The notes below the pieces were generated by a model, which did no database searches, was not told the origin of the DNA, and saw only the letters and a program-made list of their open reading frames with translations. Positions 62,047 to 64,000 of a stretch of DNA of 64,000 nucleotides are shown one piece after another (position 1 is the first letter of the stretch; each line of letters starts with the position of its first letter). Location: the NCBI RefSeq assembly GCF_009914755.1, contig NC_060927.1; one strand, 5' to 3'. The translations under genes and the position numbers were made by a program. This DNA comes from the human T2T-CHM13v2.0 reference genome, Homo sapiens.

Positions 62047-62184
62047 TCCCAGCTACTACGGAGGCTGAGGCAGGAGAATTGCTCGAATCCGGGAGGAGGT
62101 TGCAGTGAGCCGAGACTGAGCCATTGCATTCTAGTGTGGGCGACAGAGCAAGACTCTGCCTCAAAAGAAAAAAAAAAAAAAAAA
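62047..62184 (+). mobile_element. 5'-truncated Alu (right arm only)
   Basis: TCCCAGCTACTACGGAGGCTGAGGCAGGAGAAT...poly(A); TSD AGGAAAAGAT/AGGAAGAGAT. Confidence 0.9.
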
Positions 62185-62197
62185 GGAAGAGATACTA

Positions 62198-62602
<405 letters not shown>

Positions 62603-63799
62603 TTAAATCCAATAAGCTTGAAATCCATGTCCTCTGTTAAGAACAAATGAAAGGCAATGACACATAGTTTCTATTAGCCTTTGGTTACAAAGATTCATCA
62701 TACAAAATCAAAAAACATGATTGCCTTTCTAGCCAACCTTCAGCCCAGAGATAATAACTTGCTCAGGCTTGAAGCTACGTTAAAATCATTCAGGACTGTG
62801 GCCAAGTCTGCGCTCCGATCCTAGCAATATGTTTTGTAAACTAAAGTGATTGGCCATTCCTCATTTACTCACCCTTAACATGTAAATAAGGAACTAAAAT
62901 TTATCCTGGAAATCAAAATCAAATATAACCACAGCAAACACAGGCACACAAGGTGCTTTTGAAGAGACTATTCTGTATATACAAATGTATTACACAGCCA
63001 CAGCTTGGTCAGGAAAATCACCACTTTTCCTAAAGTCAGTAACTTCCTCTCTAATTTCCTTAAAACATTTTTTTCCTTAGTAATCAAAATCTCAGGTAAA
63101 AAGCCCAGGAATAATAGAAAAAAATTACTATTATATTGAAGAAAATTACTAATAGTATTAATTCCTATTACTATTGACCTCAGTGAAACACAGAATGAGA
63201 GTTCTAGTCTCAGAAGAAACTGTAAGATCCTGTACTTCAACTCCAGCATTTGGTAAGTGAGAAAACCAAAAGGTCACGTGATTAATTCAAATACACATTT
63301 AAGAAACTACTGAGTCAATGCCAGAGCTCACATTCATTGCTTCACAATCACAGTCTCTCAGGCTCACCTTTTCTGCCTGAGTCTTGTTTAGTGACTTATA
63401 ATGAGATTTAAAAATCAATACAATAAAATCATATCCTAACATGTCACATGAACAAAATGTATTGTGTGGAAGGAAGAAATTTCTCCCCTTCTGAGATCAG
63501 CAGAAGAAAAACAAATGCTATTGCATCTTCTTCAGCTGCAATTAAACAGGAGTCCTACATGTCAGACATATTCACCACAGTCACCATCTTCCTCTCCATG
63601 AACTGGAAGAATTTCAGTGTGAGACTCCCATGATTTAATGCAAGCAAACCTGGAATTAAGTTATTAATGAATATAGGAATATTAATGAATATAGGTTGGT
63701 TGAAGCCATGTCCTTGTAGGTGATACTCCCATGCCAATCTCCTTATTTGTAGAGAGTGCTCTCTCTCTCTCTTTCTCTCCCTCTCTCCTTTTTTTTCTT

Positions 63800-63932
63800 T
63801 TTCTTTTTGTAAGAGGTGGGGTCTTGCTATGTTGCATAGGCTGGCCTCAAACTCCCGGGCCCAGAAGATCCTCCCACATCAGCCTCCCAAGTAGCTGGAA
63901 CTACAGGTGTGTACCACTGCACCCAGCTTGTT
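63800..63932 (-). mobile_element. Alu monomer (FLAM-like)
   Basis: AGAGGTGGGGTCTTGCTATGTTGCATAGGCTGGCCTCAAACTCC...CAGCCTCCCAAGTAGCTGGAACTACAGG. Confidence 0.85.
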
Positions 63933-64000
63933 TTTGAATAGTTCCAACATTATAGACGAAGAAAAATGAGACTAAGAAAACTGGAGTAGGCTGGGGTGTG

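Noticed and set aside
63662-63695. TATTAATGAATATAGG repeated twice
   Set aside because: Short AT-rich slippage duplication; common and uninformative.

Overview
AT-rich primate (very likely human) genomic DNA containing the 3' end of FGF12 (fibroblast growth factor homologous factor 1) on the minus strand. The penultimate coding exon is 62341-62539, a ~26.4 kb last intron follows, and the terminal coding exon is 35872-35990. After it comes a ~4.6 kb apparently repeat-free 3' UTR whose probable distal poly(A) signal is near 31260. The last intron holds a near full-length L1PA2-like LINE-1 in the same orientation as FGF12: ORF1 and ORF2 are disrupted, but the 5' UTR and the antisense ORF0 are intact. 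The rest is repeat-dense intergenic or intronic sequence (about a dozen Alus, a near full-length Tigger1, MaLR/ERVL LTRs, MER DNA elements, L2, MIR, old L1M). Almost all other ORFs in the track are spurious or repeat-derived. I found no evidence for a new multi-gene system. The best leads are small: two tiny L1-mediated retrocopies with target-site duplications (a U2 snRNA 5' fragment and an LTR poly(A)-end fragment), a nested TA palindrome/inverted duplication, tandem hairpins in the FGF12 3' UTR, and a possible intronic-polyadenylation isoform of FGF12 with a hydrophobic C-terminal tail. Repeat subfamily names come from recognition of consensus sequences by eye and need RepeatMasker/Dfam confirmation; their boundaries are approximate.
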